DNA of 64,000 nt from contig DATGHL010000004.1 in assembly GCA_035308025.1 (NCBI GenBank), forward strand, positions 2,678 to 66,677. The letters are read 5' to 3'. Every line of letters begins with the position of its first letter. The first letter of the stretch is position 1. Below are positions 21,308-32,269 of this stretch, piece after piece. Origin of the DNA: Candidatus Binataceae bacterium (lineage in GTDB: Bacteria; Desulfobacterota; Binatia; Binatales; Binataceae). The translations under genes were made by a program, and so were the position numbers. Below the pieces are notes generated by a model, which was given only the letters and a program-made list of their open reading frames with translations, was not told the origin of the DNA and did no database searches.

Positions 21308-22327
21308 ATGAATGTGATGGAAATGGATATCCGCGTGCTGAACACTTTCCGGGCGGTCGCGGATCAACGCAGTTTCACCGGGGCGGCGAAAAAACTGGGG
21401 CTGACCCAATCGTCGGTGAGCCAGCAGGTAATTGCGCTGGAACGCAGCCTCGGCGTGCAGCTACTCAAGCGCTCCAACAAATTTGTCGGGCTGACCACGG
21501 CCGGCGAGATTTTTCTGCAATGCGCGCGTCAAGTGCTCGACAACCTCGATCGCGTGCGCGGTCTGCTGGCCGATCAGTCGAAAACGACCGCGGGCCATCT
21601 CTCAATCGGCGCGCCCGCGTTGTTTTGCCACTCGTTGTTTCCCGCAGTGCTCAGTGCATTTCATGTACGTTATCGCGGGATCGCATTATCGGTGGTTACC
21701 GCAGACCCGGATTCGATGGCGGCGCGACTGGCTCATCGCGAGCTCGATCTGGCGCTGCTGCCGTATCCGATAAAGCAACAATCGCTCGGGATGGTGCAGT
21801 TGGGACGGGACGAGCTGGTGGCGATCGTTGAACCCCATCATGAGTTTGCGCATCACGATCGCCTGCACGCGAAAGATCTGAAGGGGCAGCCGCTAATCGT
21901 GCCGAATCCCGGCAACAAGCTGTGGGCCGCGTGGGACGCTTTTCTGATCGAGGCGGGCGTATTTCCAGAGATAATCGTCGAGACCGACGACCTCGACCTG
22001 GCCAAGCAATTGGCGATCGCGGGTCACGGTATCAGCGTGGCCCCGCGATGGCTGGTACTGCGCGAAATCGAACGCGGTGAGTTATGCGCGATCCCGCTGG
22101 GCGCGGCCGGCGTTTTTCGTCAGTGGTGCCTGGCCTATCATCATGGCAGCGAGTTGACCGGGATGCGGCGCAAGTTCGTCAAGATTTGCCAGGAAGAGAT
22201 GCCGCATCTGCTCGGCAAATCCGGCGTCAGGCGCCGGGCGGCGCACGAGCAGAGCCCGGAAGCACAACGCGCCGACACTTCAGAAGATCTCCCGGAAACT
22301 CGGATCGCGAGCGCCGGCAGCCGCTGA
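21308..22327 (+). CDS. LysR-family transcriptional regulator, divergent from the nas operon
   Basis: N-terminal HTH 'LNTFRAVADQRSFTGAAKKLGLTQSSVSQQVIALE' followed by a LysR substrate-binding domain. Confidence 0.8.
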   Translation: MNVMEMDIRVLNTFRAVADQRSFTGAAKKLGLTQSSVSQQVIALERSLGVQLLKRSNKFVGLTTAGEIFLQCARQVLDNLDRVRGLLADQSKTTAGHLSIGAPALFCHSLFPAVLSAFHVRYRGIALSVVTADPDSMAARLAHRELDLALLPYPIKQQSLGMVQLGRDELVAIVEPHHEFAHHDRLHAKDLKGQPLIVPNPGNKLWAAWDAFLIEAGVFPEIIVETDDLDLAKQLAIAGHGISVAPRWLVLREIERGELCAIPLGAAGVFRQWCLAYHHGSELTGMRRKFVKICQEEMPHLLGKSGVRRRAAHEQSPEAQRADTSEDLPETRIASAGSR

Positions 22328-22381
22328 GTCCGCGGCTTTCGGCCAATCCGATCAATGGCCGCTGCGCCGCTCTCGATCGAT

Positions 22382-23047
22382 CTAATGGTGCAGCTTGGCG
22401 GACCAGACTCCGACGCTGCGCCCTTGCGCGGCACTGACAAAGACGCGACCGGCGATAAGCACCAGGTCGGGATTGACCAGCGTTGCGACCTCTTCATCGA
22501 CCACCGCCCGCTGCGTGGTCCGCGGCCATTTGAACAACGAGCTTTCCGTAAGCTCCAGCTTCATCGTGCCGCGCGAGTAGATTTGGTTGGCGTTAGTTTT
22601 GTAGACGGCGGTTCTTGCCTCCTTAACCCGAACGCGGCGGTAGCCGAGACCGACCACGCTAAGGATTTTGTTCCACCGGGGATACCGGGTCACCAGTTCG
22701 AGGTTAAATTCCTCGGTCTCGATTCGACCGGGCATGTAGCATTTAACGACGCGTCCCAGCTTAGAGGGGGAATCTCTCCCTGATACCCCGACGATCGCAC
22801 TAAACTTGCCCGGGTCGCCAACCCAGCAGCCGAAGAAACCCGACGCGATTTTTGGTTCGGCGATTGGCGCGCCGGTCGCGGGAATTTCTGTGTGGATGAG
22901 CCGCGGCAGCCGCAGCGTTTCGGCCTCGTCAGAGGCCGGCGCTACCTCCTCCATTGCAGCCGTCCAGCCGGACGGCGACAACGCAAGGCACGCGCAAACC
23001 AGGCCCAGGAGCCCCAGGAGTCTCGACGATATCATCCAGCGCGGCAC
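22382..23047 (-). CDS. secreted hypothetical protein
   Basis: Signal peptide 'MISSRLLGLLGLVCACLALSPSGWTAA'. No recognisable domain. Confidence 0.3.
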   Translation of the reverse strand: MPRWMISSRLLGLLGLVCACLALSPSGWTAAMEEVAPASDEAETLRLPRLIHTEIPATGAPIAEPKIASGFFGCWVGDPGKFSAIVGVSGRDSPSKLGRVVKCYMPGRIETEEFNLELVTRYPRWNKILSVVGLGYRRVRVKEARTAVYKTNANQIYSRGTMKLELTESSLFKWPRTTQRAVVDEEVATLVNPDLVLIAGRVFVSAAQGRSVGVWSAKLHH

Positions 23048-23074
23048 GCTCGTTTCCGCATCGCCAGAACACGT

Positions 23075-24028
23075 TCAAACGGATTTTTGAAAGACGCGAT
23101 GGCCCCAGAGCCAGTCGTCGCGAAATACCTCTTTGAAGCCCAATTCTGCAAAGCGGTTGAAAACCGGGCGGAAATCCTGCACCAGATGCTGCGGCCGCGT
23201 CTGATCGTCGTCGGCTGCGAAGCGGCCATAAATGTACCCACCGGGCATCAGACTACGATCAAGCAAATCGACCGTTGCCACCGGATCCACAAGATGCTCG
23301 AACACGTCCATCGCGGTAATGAAGTCGAAGGCGTTCTCGGGCAGTGCAGACTCCTTAAGGTCGATGAAAGCGGCGTTCGCCCCGCGTTCGGCAAAGCGAT
23401 ATTTGCAAAACGCCAGCATCAAGCTGCTGATATCGGCCAACGTGGCCTCAAAGCCGTGACTACGAAATAGCAGCGCTCCCGATCCCACGCCGGAACCGAA
23501 ATCGAGGTAGCGTGCCGACGCGGCCTGCGAGGCGAATTCGAGCGCGGCCACATAGGCCAGCGGCGAATTGTCCTCGATCAGCGTGTGCCACCACATCAGC
23601 TCCTCGATGCAATCATCGGCAGCGTTGTAGTATTTTTCCACCTGTTCCGCCTCGACGCTTTGCACCGTGCGTTCCCATTGCGTTTTCAGCGATGCCAGCG
23701 CGCTTTCGCAGCGGCGGCGGATTATCGCGCGATCGGTAATGCCTCGCCATCGTCCGATTTCGGTCAAGGTGCTGCCTACAATGTCGTCTTTCTGATCCGG
23801 CAAGATCAGCGCGCGCGTCCAAATCGCGGCACATTCGTCCAGTTCCCGCCGCTGCTGCGCCGCGCATTGCGCGTAGGACATTCCATTTTTCTCGGCGCCC
23901 TCCCACAATTCCTGCAAGCGCAGCGACAAGAGTTTGGATGACTGCGACTTCAATTTTGATCGCCGACTCGTAAATTCACCGCGCGGCTCTTCCATCGAGC
24001 GCTGAACGAAATGTATCGTGTTGCGCAT
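23075..24028 (-). CDS. class I SAM-dependent methyltransferase
   Basis: Motif I 'YLDFGSGVGSGALLF' and 'ITAMDVFEHL' (motif II/III region). Confidence 0.55.
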   Translation of the reverse strand: MRNTIHFVQRSMEEPRGEFTSRRSKLKSQSSKLLSLRLQELWEGAEKNGMSYAQCAAQQRRELDECAAIWTRALILPDQKDDIVGSTLTEIGRWRGITDRAIIRRRCESALASLKTQWERTVQSVEAEQVEKYYNAADDCIEELMWWHTLIEDNSPLAYVAALEFASQAASARYLDFGSGVGSGALLFRSHGFEATLADISSLMLAFCKYRFAERGANAAFIDLKESALPENAFDFITAMDVFEHLVDPVATVDLLDRSLMPGGYIYGRFAADDDQTRPQHLVQDFRPVFNRFAELGFKEVFRDDWLWGHRVFQKSV

Positions 24029-24186
24029 CGAGCGGAAACCGGGCCTTTACAACCGGCCCCTTGAAGCGCTCCCGGCCGACGCGACCGTGGAATGGCGATA
24101 TTCCAGAATGCCGATTGGTACTGGTTAGAAAACTGAGAACTTTCCTCATATCGGCTTCAGATTCGTTACGTGTAGTTTTACGGACC

Positions 24187-25716
24187 ATGTCTCGTTGGCG
24201 GCTCGAAGTTTTTGCATTGATAATCCTCGGACTCGCAGCCCTTGCTGCCGGGATCCGCGAAACCCCGTTGGTTGATTGGGACGAGGCGCTCTATGCGGAA
24301 GTCGCCCACGAAGCGATCGAGCACGATTCCTACCTCAAGTTCACCTGGAACAATGAAGCGTATGTGAAAAAGCCGCCGTTGCTGTTTTGGATGATTATTG
24401 CATCGTTCAAAACCTTCGGTGAGCAGGCTTGGGCGGCGCGCCTGCCGTCAGTGGCCGCCGGAATCGGCACGTTGCTGTTGCTCTATCTTTCGGCCGCCGC
24501 GGTCGGAGGACGGCTGGCGGGACTCTGCGCGGGCGTTATTCCGCTCGGATTCTATTTCTTCGTCGCGCGCGGTGGCCGCGAGTGCGCAACCGATAGTCTC
24601 CTGACTTTTTTCAGCACGCTCGCGATTTTTGCGTTAACGCGCGCGCGATCTGATCGACGAGTGCTCTGGATCGCCGGTGCGGCGTGTGGACTTGCGATCC
24701 TCAGCAAGGGGCTCGCCGGGCTCATTCCTCTAACTGTGATCGGAATCTCGTGTCTATTCGTCCCCGGATTCGTCGCGATCGGCGTCAGCGGACCGATGCT
24801 GGTGATAGCCGTGGCCACAGCCGTAGCGGCGCCATGGTTCGTTTTCCAGGCCGTGTCCAACGGAGCCTTGTTCTGGGCGATTTTTGTCAAACAGGAAACC
24901 CTTTTTCGCATCGTCACCCATCTCGAGGCTAATCCGAATCGCGAAAGCTACACGCTGCGCGCCTTTAGCCGCGAAACCCGCTATTTGTGGGTATTGCTGC
25001 TGCCACTGGCTGGTCTGGTTATCGGCGCTGCTATACGAGGCGCGCGCACCAGCCTGCGGCAGGTGCCGCCTGCAGTTATGGTGTGGGCATTATGGTTGGC
25101 GCTCGGCTTGATCTCTGCCGGTGCGGTCCAGACCAAATTGGGTTGGTACATTCTGCCGGCGCTGCTCCCGGTCGCGCTTTTAGCCGGATGCATTCTCGGG
25201 GCTTCGCTTAAGGCCGCGGCGCCGATGCGCGAACCGGTGACGGCGCTGGCCACCGTCGCGATGATCGTGCTGATTGCGAAAGCCCCGGCCCGCTGGGAGA
25301 AAATTCAGAAATCATTCGAAGATGAGCGCGCGCGCAGCCGGCCCAGTTACGTACTGGGGACGAGAGCGCACGCTATGAGCGTTGCGCAAGGCGCTCAAGA
25401 GCTGTTCTTTGTTGGTGAGGAACTGCCGACGCTGGTCTATTACAGCGGTTTGCACGTCCATTTCGTCCCAATCTCACACGGCGCAGGATTCGCCCTGATC
25501 AACCTGAACAGCACCCCCACCGCAGTCGCCGATCATCAATTGGTGATGCTCGACCAGAGCGGCGCCGCGTCGGTCGTGGGTAATCTCGGCGACGAATGGA
25601 ATCTGAGTGGACCGCCCGAAGAGCGCGACCCGCTCGCGGCAAAGCCGGATGACGACGCCGCGCGGATGAGCGTTGAGAACGAATCACCACCCTCTTTGAT
25701 TCCAAATCGCGATTAA
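24187..25716 (+). CDS. GT-C fold membrane glycosyltransferase (family 39/83, ArnT/PMT-like)
   Basis: First extracytoplasmic loop carries 'PLVDWDEALYAEVAHE' (DE motif). Followed by 'KPPLLFWMI' and many TM helices. Confidence 0.55.
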   Translation: MSRWRLEVFALIILGLAALAAGIRETPLVDWDEALYAEVAHEAIEHDSYLKFTWNNEAYVKKPPLLFWMIIASFKTFGEQAWAARLPSVAAGIGTLLLLYLSAAAVGGRLAGLCAGVIPLGFYFFVARGGRECATDSLLTFFSTLAIFALTRARSDRRVLWIAGAACGLAILSKGLAGLIPLTVIGISCLFVPGFVAIGVSGPMLVIAVATAVAAPWFVFQAVSNGALFWAIFVKQETLFRIVTHLEANPNRESYTLRAFSRETRYLWVLLLPLAGLVIGAAIRGARTSLRQVPPAVMVWALWLALGLISAGAVQTKLGWYILPALLPVALLAGCILGASLKAAAPMREPVTALATVAMIVLIAKAPARWEKIQKSFEDERARSRPSYVLGTRAHAMSVAQGAQELFFVGEELPTLVYYSGLHVHFVPISHGAGFALINLNSTPTAVADHQLVMLDQSGAASVVGNLGDEWNLSGPPEERDPLAAKPDDDAARMSVENESPPSLIPNRD

Positions 25717-25786
25717 TAAAAAATCGTCGCGCGCAATGATCGATTTGCTACCTGATGAGTGACCGCGCTGCGAAACCGACGTTGAC

Positions 25787-27055
25787 GTGATGAGCGCGTT
25801 CGCCGCCACGCCGTGGCTCACCTGGGCTATCGTCGCCGCGGCAACCGCAGGTGTCATCTTCCGTCCGTTTTTCTGGCCCGAATTCATCTGGGCCGTCGCG
25901 GGCGCTGCCCTGCTCGTCCTGCTCGGCCTGCTCCCGGCTTCCGCCGCGCTCGCCGGTGTCGCGAAGGGCGCGAATGTCTACCTCTTTCTTACCGGCATGA
26001 TGCTGTTGTCCGAACTTGCCCGTCAGGAGGGATTCTTCGACTGGCTGGCCGCGAAGGCTGCCGTGATGGCGAAAGGGTCCGCATCGCGCCTGTTCACCCT
26101 GGTCTTCGCGGTGGGCGCGGTTGTAACGGTCTTCTTGTCGAACGACGCGACGGCAGTGGTGTTGACGCCTGCCGTTGCCGCCGTCGTCAGGACGGCGCGC
26201 GCAAAGGCACCGCTGCCGTATCTGTTGACCTGCGCCTTTATCGCGAATGCGGCGAGTTTCGTCCTGCCGATCTCTAATCCGGCGAACCTGGTTATTTATG
26301 GCAGCCACATGCCGCCACTTATGCGATGGATACCCACTTACGCGTTGCCATCGATACTCTCGATCCTCGCGACCTACCTCGTGCTGTGGTGGACGCAACG
26401 CCAGTGCCTGCGCGAGAAGATTTCGGCCGCCATCGAAGTCCCGAAATTGTCCGTCGCCGGCAAGCTGGCGGCCTGTGGAATTGCCGGGACTGCGATAGTG
26501 CTGCTCACCTCCTCGGCCTTCGACCTTCAGCTCGGCCTGCCGACCTTGCTCGCCGGGCTCGCCACTGCCGTCCTGGTTCTGACGCGGGCGAAACGCGGTC
26601 CGCTCGATGTGCTGAAAAGCATCTCGTGGGGTGTGCTACCGCTGGTCGCCGGCCTCTTCGTCCTGGTCGAGGCGCTCGAGAAGACCGGCGTCACGAACCA
26701 CCTCGCTGAACTGCTCCGCAGCTTGGTGAATTATTCGCCAGCGCTGGCGCCATGGACGGCGGGCGTGATGCTCGGCGTGGGCTGCAATCTGGTGAACAAC
26801 CTGCCCGCCGGGCTGGTCGCCGGCCGCGTCGTCGAGATCGCCAAGGTGCCGGACCACGTGCGCGCCGCGGTGTTGATTGGCATCGACCTCGGGCCGAACC
26901 TATCGGTCACAGGCTCGCTCGCGACTATCCTTTGGCTCGAGGCCCTGCGCCGCGAGGACCAGAGCATAAGCGCGTGGACCTTCTTGAAGCTCGGCCTGCT
27001 GATCATGCCGCCCGCGCTTCTGCTCGCACTCGCAGGCGCGTTTGCGTTCCGTTGA
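25787..27055 (+). CDS. ArsB/NhaD-superfamily permease (arsenite/anion transporter-like)
   Basis: About 12 TM helices with the ion-transporter-superfamily repeat pattern, e.g. 'FLSNDATAVVLTP' and 'GIDLGPNLSVTGSLATIL'. Confidence 0.55.
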   Translation: MMSAFAATPWLTWAIVAAATAGVIFRPFFWPEFIWAVAGAALLVLLGLLPASAALAGVAKGANVYLFLTGMMLLSELARQEGFFDWLAAKAAVMAKGSASRLFTLVFAVGAVVTVFLSNDATAVVLTPAVAAVVRTARAKAPLPYLLTCAFIANAASFVLPISNPANLVIYGSHMPPLMRWIPTYALPSILSILATYLVLWWTQRQCLREKISAAIEVPKLSVAGKLAACGIAGTAIVLLTSSAFDLQLGLPTLLAGLATAVLVLTRAKRGPLDVLKSISWGVLPLVAGLFVLVEALEKTGVTNHLAELLRSLVNYSPALAPWTAGVMLGVGCNLVNNLPAGLVAGRVVEIAKVPDHVRAAVLIGIDLGPNLSVTGSLATILWLEALRREDQSISAWTFLKLGLLIMPPALLLALAGAFAFR

Positions 27056-27108
27056 CTTCACTCATTCGGAGGACAAGTCATCCTGATTCAGCCATACCCA
27101 ATGATGCT

Positions 27109-28326
27109 CTAGACCGGTCCCGTCTGCGCGCCAAGACCCGCACCATTCGCCGGCGGCGCCGCGGTGTGAAATTCCGGCATCAGCTCGGCGAACATCTCGA
27201 CCTGATGTTTGACCTCGTCGAGCGGCAGCAAGCCTTGATCGCAAAAGACCAGGAAATACTCCGGGTCGAGCTGTGCCTGGACCGCCGCGAGTTGGCGGCG
27301 GACGTCGTCCGGAGTGCCCACGAAGGCGATTCCGGATTTCATCACTGGCTCGATGCTGGTCGGAATATTCGGATAGAAGCGCGAGTGGTAAAGCGCGAGC
27401 AGACCCATGATGCCCTGTTCCGCCAATGCGACGGCGCGGTCGCGCGTCGGTGCCAGCGAGATAATCCGGGCGAGTCCCACACTCTCTCCAAGCCGCAGAT
27501 GGCGCCCGGCTTTTTCCGCCTCGTCGCGGTAAAACTGCGCCCCCTGAATTGCCATCTCGGGAAACGGCAGGAAGATCATCGGCACGATCCCCTGTTGCGC
27601 CGTCCAGCCGATCGTCTCGCGGGTCAGGGTCATCGCCTGTAAGAGCAGCGGGTGCGGTTTCTGATACGGCTTCGGCACCACCGAAATTTTGCGCACCCGT
27701 CCCTGATCATCGACCTCGCCCGGAGCGCCGTAGCGCGCCGTCACATCCGCGGCTGGCCAGGGGATGCCCTCGGCGGGCATCGGCACCTGGTAGTACTTGC
27801 CCTTAAACGAGAAGGCCTCATCCTTCCAGCAGGCCTTGATGACCTCGAAGAGTTCCTGCGAGACCTCGCGATTGTGCAGTTCAGCGTCGCCGCCCTGCAC
27901 GGAGGGCTCGATGCCGTAGCGTTGTCCGAGCACGTTAACCCATCGCGGAAAGACCCCGCGCGCGAATCCGGCGACGACGCGCCCCTTGGTCATCTGGTCG
28001 GCCCACGCGACGTCGGTCGCGAGACGGATCGGATCCCAGGTCGGGAGGACATACCCCAGCGGTCCGATTTTGATCTTTTTGGTGTGAGCCGCCATGTTCA
28101 GGATGTGCGGCGTCGGATTGGCCCCGGCGATCAAGCCGTCCGTGAAGAAGTGATGCTCCGAAAAGGTCAGGACGTCGAAGCCGGTCTGCTCGGCGAGCTG
28201 CGCCAATTCGACCATTTCGTCGAGCATCTGCTGAGTGCGGTCGGTGCGATGAGCGAGCGGACGCAGATGCTCGCGTTCTTCCATCGTGGCGGGAATGACG
28301 GGTCCGAGGTGAAGGATGAATTTCAT
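27109..28326 (-). CDS. LLM-class flavin-dependent oxidoreductase (luciferase-like monooxygenase)
   Basis: 405 aa TIM-barrel luciferase-like pattern: 'FDVLTFSEHHF', 'GPLGYVLPTWDPIRLA'. Confidence 0.65.
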   Translation of the reverse strand: MKFILHLGPVIPATMEEREHLRPLAHRTDRTQQMLDEMVELAQLAEQTGFDVLTFSEHHFFTDGLIAGANPTPHILNMAAHTKKIKIGPLGYVLPTWDPIRLATDVAWADQMTKGRVVAGFARGVFPRWVNVLGQRYGIEPSVQGGDAELHNREVSQELFEVIKACWKDEAFSFKGKYYQVPMPAEGIPWPAADVTARYGAPGEVDDQGRVRKISVVPKPYQKPHPLLLQAMTLTRETIGWTAQQGIVPMIFLPFPEMAIQGAQFYRDEAEKAGRHLRLGESVGLARIISLAPTRDRAVALAEQGIMGLLALYHSRFYPNIPTSIEPVMKSGIAFVGTPDDVRRQLAAVQAQLDPEYFLVFCDQGLLPLDEVKHQVEMFAELMPEFHTAAPPANGAGLGAQTGPV

Positions 28327-28502
28327 AACCTTCTTTTACAAGAATCTGACCGCGGGCATAAAGCCCTCGCCAGAGCCCCCGTCTCAGACCCAGCGCCAGG
28401 AAGGTCAGGCTGCCAGGAGTTGCCGATTCATTTCTTCCTATCGGCGATGGTTCTAAGTTAAGCTGAATTGCCCGCTTTTTATCGGAACAAGAATACTAAA
28501 GG

Positions 28503-28859
28503 ATGAGAACAATTATGCAGGAACACAACGGCGATCACGCTCAGGCCGAACGCCAACAATTTGCCGTCGCGATCGCGCTTGCAAACATTCCGGTCCTACT
28601 GATGGTGAAATTGTTCTTTGACGTCGAAGGTCCCAAACTGAGGCCCGACCGATCGACGATGCGACAGATGCCGACGCTATTGCTGCTGCACGGCGGTCCC
28701 GGCTTCGACCATTCCGGCTTCAAGCCGGCTTTCGCCGAGATGGCGGCGATGCGGCCAGGGTTGGCCAGGCTGGCGCGTTTCGCCAACGCCGGTCACGGAG
28801 TTTATCGCGATCGGCCGGAAGCTTTTTTCCACGAGCTGCGCGATTTTATAGCAACATGA
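28503..28859 (+). pseudogene. alpha/beta-hydrolase remnant (internal deletion)
   Basis: Contains only the N-terminal 'TLLLLHGGPGFDHSG' and C-terminal 'NAGHGVYRDRPEAFFHELRDFI' motifs of a proline-iminopeptidase-like hydrolase. The nucleophile-elbow region is absent. Confidence 0.35.
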
Positions 28860-28911
28860 TGGTTTCCGCGATCGCGCCACTCTAAAATCGTTTTCAGAAC
28901 GCCGAGTTGTC

Positions 28912-31596
28912 ATGCCCGCAGACCGCAAACTTTCCCGCTATCAGGCCAAGCGCGACTTCAACCAAACCGCCGAACCCAGCGGCGAAAATGCCGTCTCGCC
29001 CTCTCAGGTCCGCCGCTTCGTCATTCAGAAACACGCGGCCACCAGCCTGCACTATGATTTCCGTCTCGAACTCGACGGCGTGTTCAAGTCGTGGGCCGTC
29101 ACCAAAGGGCCTTCGGTCGATCCGCATGATAAACGCCTCGCGGTCGAGGTCGAAGATCATCCGCTCGATTACGGCGACTTCGAAGGGACTATTCCGAAGG
29201 GACAATATGGCGGCGGCTCGGTGCAGTTGTGGGATCGCGGCTATTGGCTGCCGCAAGAAAGTGATCCCGCCGCCGCAATCGATCACGGCGAACTGAAGTT
29301 CGCGCTCGAAGGTGAACGGCTGCACGGCGAATGGGTGCTCGTGCGGATCAAAAATCGCCGGCCAGGCGACAAAAAAAACAACTGGCTGCTGATCAAGCAT
29401 CGCGACGCCTTCGCGCGTGACGATGAGAGCCGTGCCCTCTTAGCCGAGGATCGCTCGATCGCCTCGGGCCGTTCGATGGCGGAGATCGCTGCCGGCAAAG
29501 GCGACGGCCCCCGGCCGTTTATGCTCGCCGCCAAGCTAAACGCGGCGCCCGACGCTGTCTGGAACTCAGACCGCGGCGCCGCCGCAGAACTGCGTGCATC
29601 CGCGGCGCCCAATGTAAGGTTCTCAACGATCCCGACGGCGGCATCGAGCAAACCTGACCTTCGCGGTTCCGAGCCGATGCCGGAGTTCATTGCGCCCGAG
29701 TTATGCAAAGTAATCGAGCGGCCACCTTCAGGTCTCGATTGGGTTCACGAAGTCAAGCTCGACGGCTATCGGATTCAGGCGCGGGTCGAAGAGAGTCGGG
29801 TGGTGCTACGCACTCGGAGAGGTCTCGATTGGACTAGCAAGTTCAGTGCAATTGCGCACGCTGCGGCCCGTCTGCCTGAAGGAATCTACGATGGTGAGGT
29901 AGTAGCCCTCAACCAGAAAGGCGCGCCGGACTTTGGTGCATTGCAGAATGCCCTTGCCGAGGGCAAAACCGGCGAGCTGATCTATTTTATTTTCGACTTG
30001 ATATTCCTCGAGGGCAACAACCTGCAACAGATTTCACTGCGCGAGCGCAAGACGACCTTGAAACGCATCATCGAAACTCTCGAGGGCGATTCGCCCATCC
30101 GCTACGTCGAACATTTCGATGCGTCAGGCGAATCGGTGTTAGAAACCGCTCGAGAAATGTCACTCGAAGGTATCGTCTCGAAGCGTTTGGGCGAGATCTA
30201 TCGTCCCGGCCAACGCGACTGGACTAAGACGAAGTGCCGCGCCGGCCAGGAAGTCGTGCTCGGCGGATGGACGAGCGAAGGCGGCCGCTTCCGTTCTCTG
30301 CTTGCAGGAGTCTACCACGACAAACATCTCACCTATGCCGGACGGATCGGCACCGGCTTCGGCGAAGACGTGGTCAGGCAGATTCTTCCGCGGCTCAAAG
30401 AACTCACGACTGCGCGGAACCCATTCGAGGGTCAGAACGCACCGCGCAGTCAAAGCGGTATACATTGGCTGAAGCCCGAGTTAGTTGCGCAAATCGAGTT
30501 CGCCGGGTGGACCGCCGAGGGCATCGTGCGGGCAGGCGCGTTCAAAGGACTGCGCGAAGACAAACCCGCGTCTGAAGTGATTGCCGAACGCTCGGCGCCT
30601 GTACAGGAAGCAGACGCCGCCAAGCCCGTGCCTAAAACGAAAAGCTCAAACACCTTCGCATCGCCCAAACTCAAGACCGGCGCCAGCGCCAGCGTGATGG
30701 GTGTTGCGATTTCTCACCCGGACAAAGCGATGTGGCCCGATGCTGGTGACGGAAAGCCCGTAACCAAGCTCGACCTCGCGAATTACTACGAGGCTGTCGG
30801 CGACAGCCTCATTGAATACATAAATGGGCGTCCGTGCTCGATCGTGCGCGCACCTGACGGAATCCACAGCGAACATTTTTTTCAGCGCCATGCGATGCCG
30901 GGAATGTCCCAGTTGCTCTCTCTCGTGAGAGTCTCCGATGATCATCAGCCATACCTGCAGATCGATTCGGTCGAAGGACTGATCGCTCTTGCCCAGCTCG
31001 GCGCGCTGGAACTGCATCCGTGGAATTGCGCTGCGGGCGCGCCCGAGGAGCCGGGCCGCCTCGTCTTTGACCTCGACCCGGCGCCGGACCTCGATTTTCG
31101 CGCCGTCATCGAGTGCGCGCGCGAACTCCGTGAGCGCCTCAACTCTCTCGGCTTGACGAGCTTTTGTAAAACCACTGGCGGCAAAGGACTGCACGTCGTG
31201 TCGCCGCTCTCGCCTGGAAAAAAGGGTAAGCTTGATTGGCCGGTGGCGAAGGCCTTCGCTCGCGAAGTCGTCGCGCAAATGGCTGCCGACAGCCCGGCCC
31301 GCTACCTCATCACGATGGCTAAGAAAGACCGGCACGGTAAAGTTTTTCTTGACTATCTGCGCAACGATCGTATGGCGACAGCCGTTGCCGTTCTTTCGCC
31401 ACGTGCACGTGCGGGCGCGCCGGTTTCAATGCCGCTCGACTGGAGTCAAGTCAGAACGGGACTCGAGCCCACGCGTTTCACCGTCCGCACCGCTCTTTCG
31501 CTGCTCGCCAAGAGCGATCCGTGGAAGGATTATAGTAAGTCGGGGCGCTCATTGGAGAACGCAATCAAGCTCTTAGGGCAAAACACAATCGACTGA
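28912..31596 (+). CDS. ligD: DNA ligase D (phosphoesterase - ligase - polymerase/primase)
   Basis: PE domain '[22 protein letters not shown]', adenylation motif I '[13 protein letters not shown]', polymerase-domain motif '[11 protein letters not shown]'. Confidence 0.9.
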   Translation: MPADRKLSRYQAKRDFNQTAEPSGENAVSPSQVRRFVIQKHAATSLHYDFRLELDGVFKSWAVTKGPSVDPHDKRLAVEVEDHPLDYGDFEGTIPKGQYGGGSVQLWDRGYWLPQESDPAAAIDHGELKFALEGERLHGEWVLVRIKNRRPGDKKNNWLLIKHRDAFARDDESRALLAEDRSIASGRSMAEIAAGKGDGPRPFMLAAKLNAAPDAVWNSDRGAAAELRASAAPNVRFSTIPTAASSKPDLRGSEPMPEFIAPELCKVIERPPSGLDWVHEVKLDGYRIQARVEESRVVLRTRRGLDWTSKFSAIAHAAARLPEGIYDGEVVALNQKGAPDFGALQNALAEGKTGELIYFIFDLIFLEGNNLQQISLRERKTTLKRIIETLEGDSPIRYVEHFDASGESVLETAREMSLEGIVSKRLGEIYRPGQRDWTKTKCRAGQEVVLGGWTSEGGRFRSLLAGVYHDKHLTYAGRIGTGFGEDVVRQILPRLKELTTARNPFEGQNAPRSQSGIHWLKPELVAQIEFAGWTAEGIVRAGAFKGLREDKPASEVIAERSAPVQEADAAKPVPKTKSSNTFASPKLKTGASASVMGVAISHPDKAMWPDAGDGKPVTKLDLANYYEAVGDSLIEYINGRPCSIVRAPDGIHSEHFFQRHAMPGMSQLLSLVRVSDDHQPYLQIDSVEGLIALAQLGALELHPWNCAAGAPEEPGRLVFDLDPAPDLDFRAVIECARELRERLNSLGLTSFCKTTGGKGLHVVSPLSPGKKGKLDWPVAKAFAREVVAQMAADSPARYLITMAKKDRHGKVFLDYLRNDRMATAVAVLSPRARAGAPVSMPLDWSQVRTGLEPTRFTVRTALSLLAKSDPWKDYSKSGRSLENAIKLLGQNTID

Positions 31597-31662
31597 ATCT
31601 GATAAACTCCTGGCTGCAAAGGTGATCGCGCAAACCTTGCGTCGAAGCCCGCCAATCCCGTA

Positions 31663-32235
31663 ATGAACGCGGAACAATACATTGACCTGAGTTGCCATCC
31701 GTCGAAACCCGCTGAGTCGGTCCGCACTGTTCAGGTGCTCGTTCGCCGATCAACCAACGCCGAACTTCAGATGACCTTCCGCGTCGACGGCGATATTGAT
31801 CGGATTCGCATTCCTTCGTCCAGCGCACCGCGTATCGCTACCCAACTCTGGCAACACACCTGCTTCGAAGCTTTCGCCGCGATCGCGGGACAACCGGCCT
31901 ACCACGAGTTTAATTTCGCTCCGTCGGGAGAGTGGGCCGTCTATGCCTTCTCCGCCTATCGCAACGGCAGCCTTCTTGAGAACCAAAACCTGCGGCCGCA
32001 GATCGCTGTGCGCGCCACTGGCAGTCGGCTTGAACTCACAAGCCTTGTCCGACTCGATGCCCTACCTGCCTTCCACCCGCGTGTTTCCCTCCATCTCGGG
32101 CTCTCCGCGGTCATCGAGGCGAGCGACGGGCTCTCGTATTGGGCGCTTCGCCATCCAGCCGATAAACCGGACTTTCACGACGCCGCCGGCTTCGCCCTGC
32201 TGCTCGACCCACAAGCACAAATAACCGACGCCTGA
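31663..32235 (+). CDS. hypothetical protein (possibly DOMON/CBM9-like beta-sandwich)
   Basis: 190 aa. 'WQHTCFEAF...YHEFNFAPSGEW.VYAF..YRNG' weakly recalls DOMON/CBM9-like proteins. GC-rich like the core genome. Confidence 0.3.
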   Translation: MNAEQYIDLSCHPSKPAESVRTVQVLVRRSTNAELQMTFRVDGDIDRIRIPSSSAPRIATQLWQHTCFEAFAAIAGQPAYHEFNFAPSGEWAVYAFSAYRNGSLLENQNLRPQIAVRATGSRLELTSLVRLDALPAFHPRVSLHLGLSAVIEASDGLSYWALRHPADKPDFHDAAGFALLLDPQAQITDA

Positions 32236-32269
32236 ACCCGTCGGCAGCACGTGCTAAGCTGGTGATCCG

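Noticed and set aside
31663-32235. 190-aa ORF downstream of ligD considered as a candidate Ku
   Set aside because: Too short and lacks the Ku beta-barrel core pattern. It resembles a small beta-sandwich protein instead.
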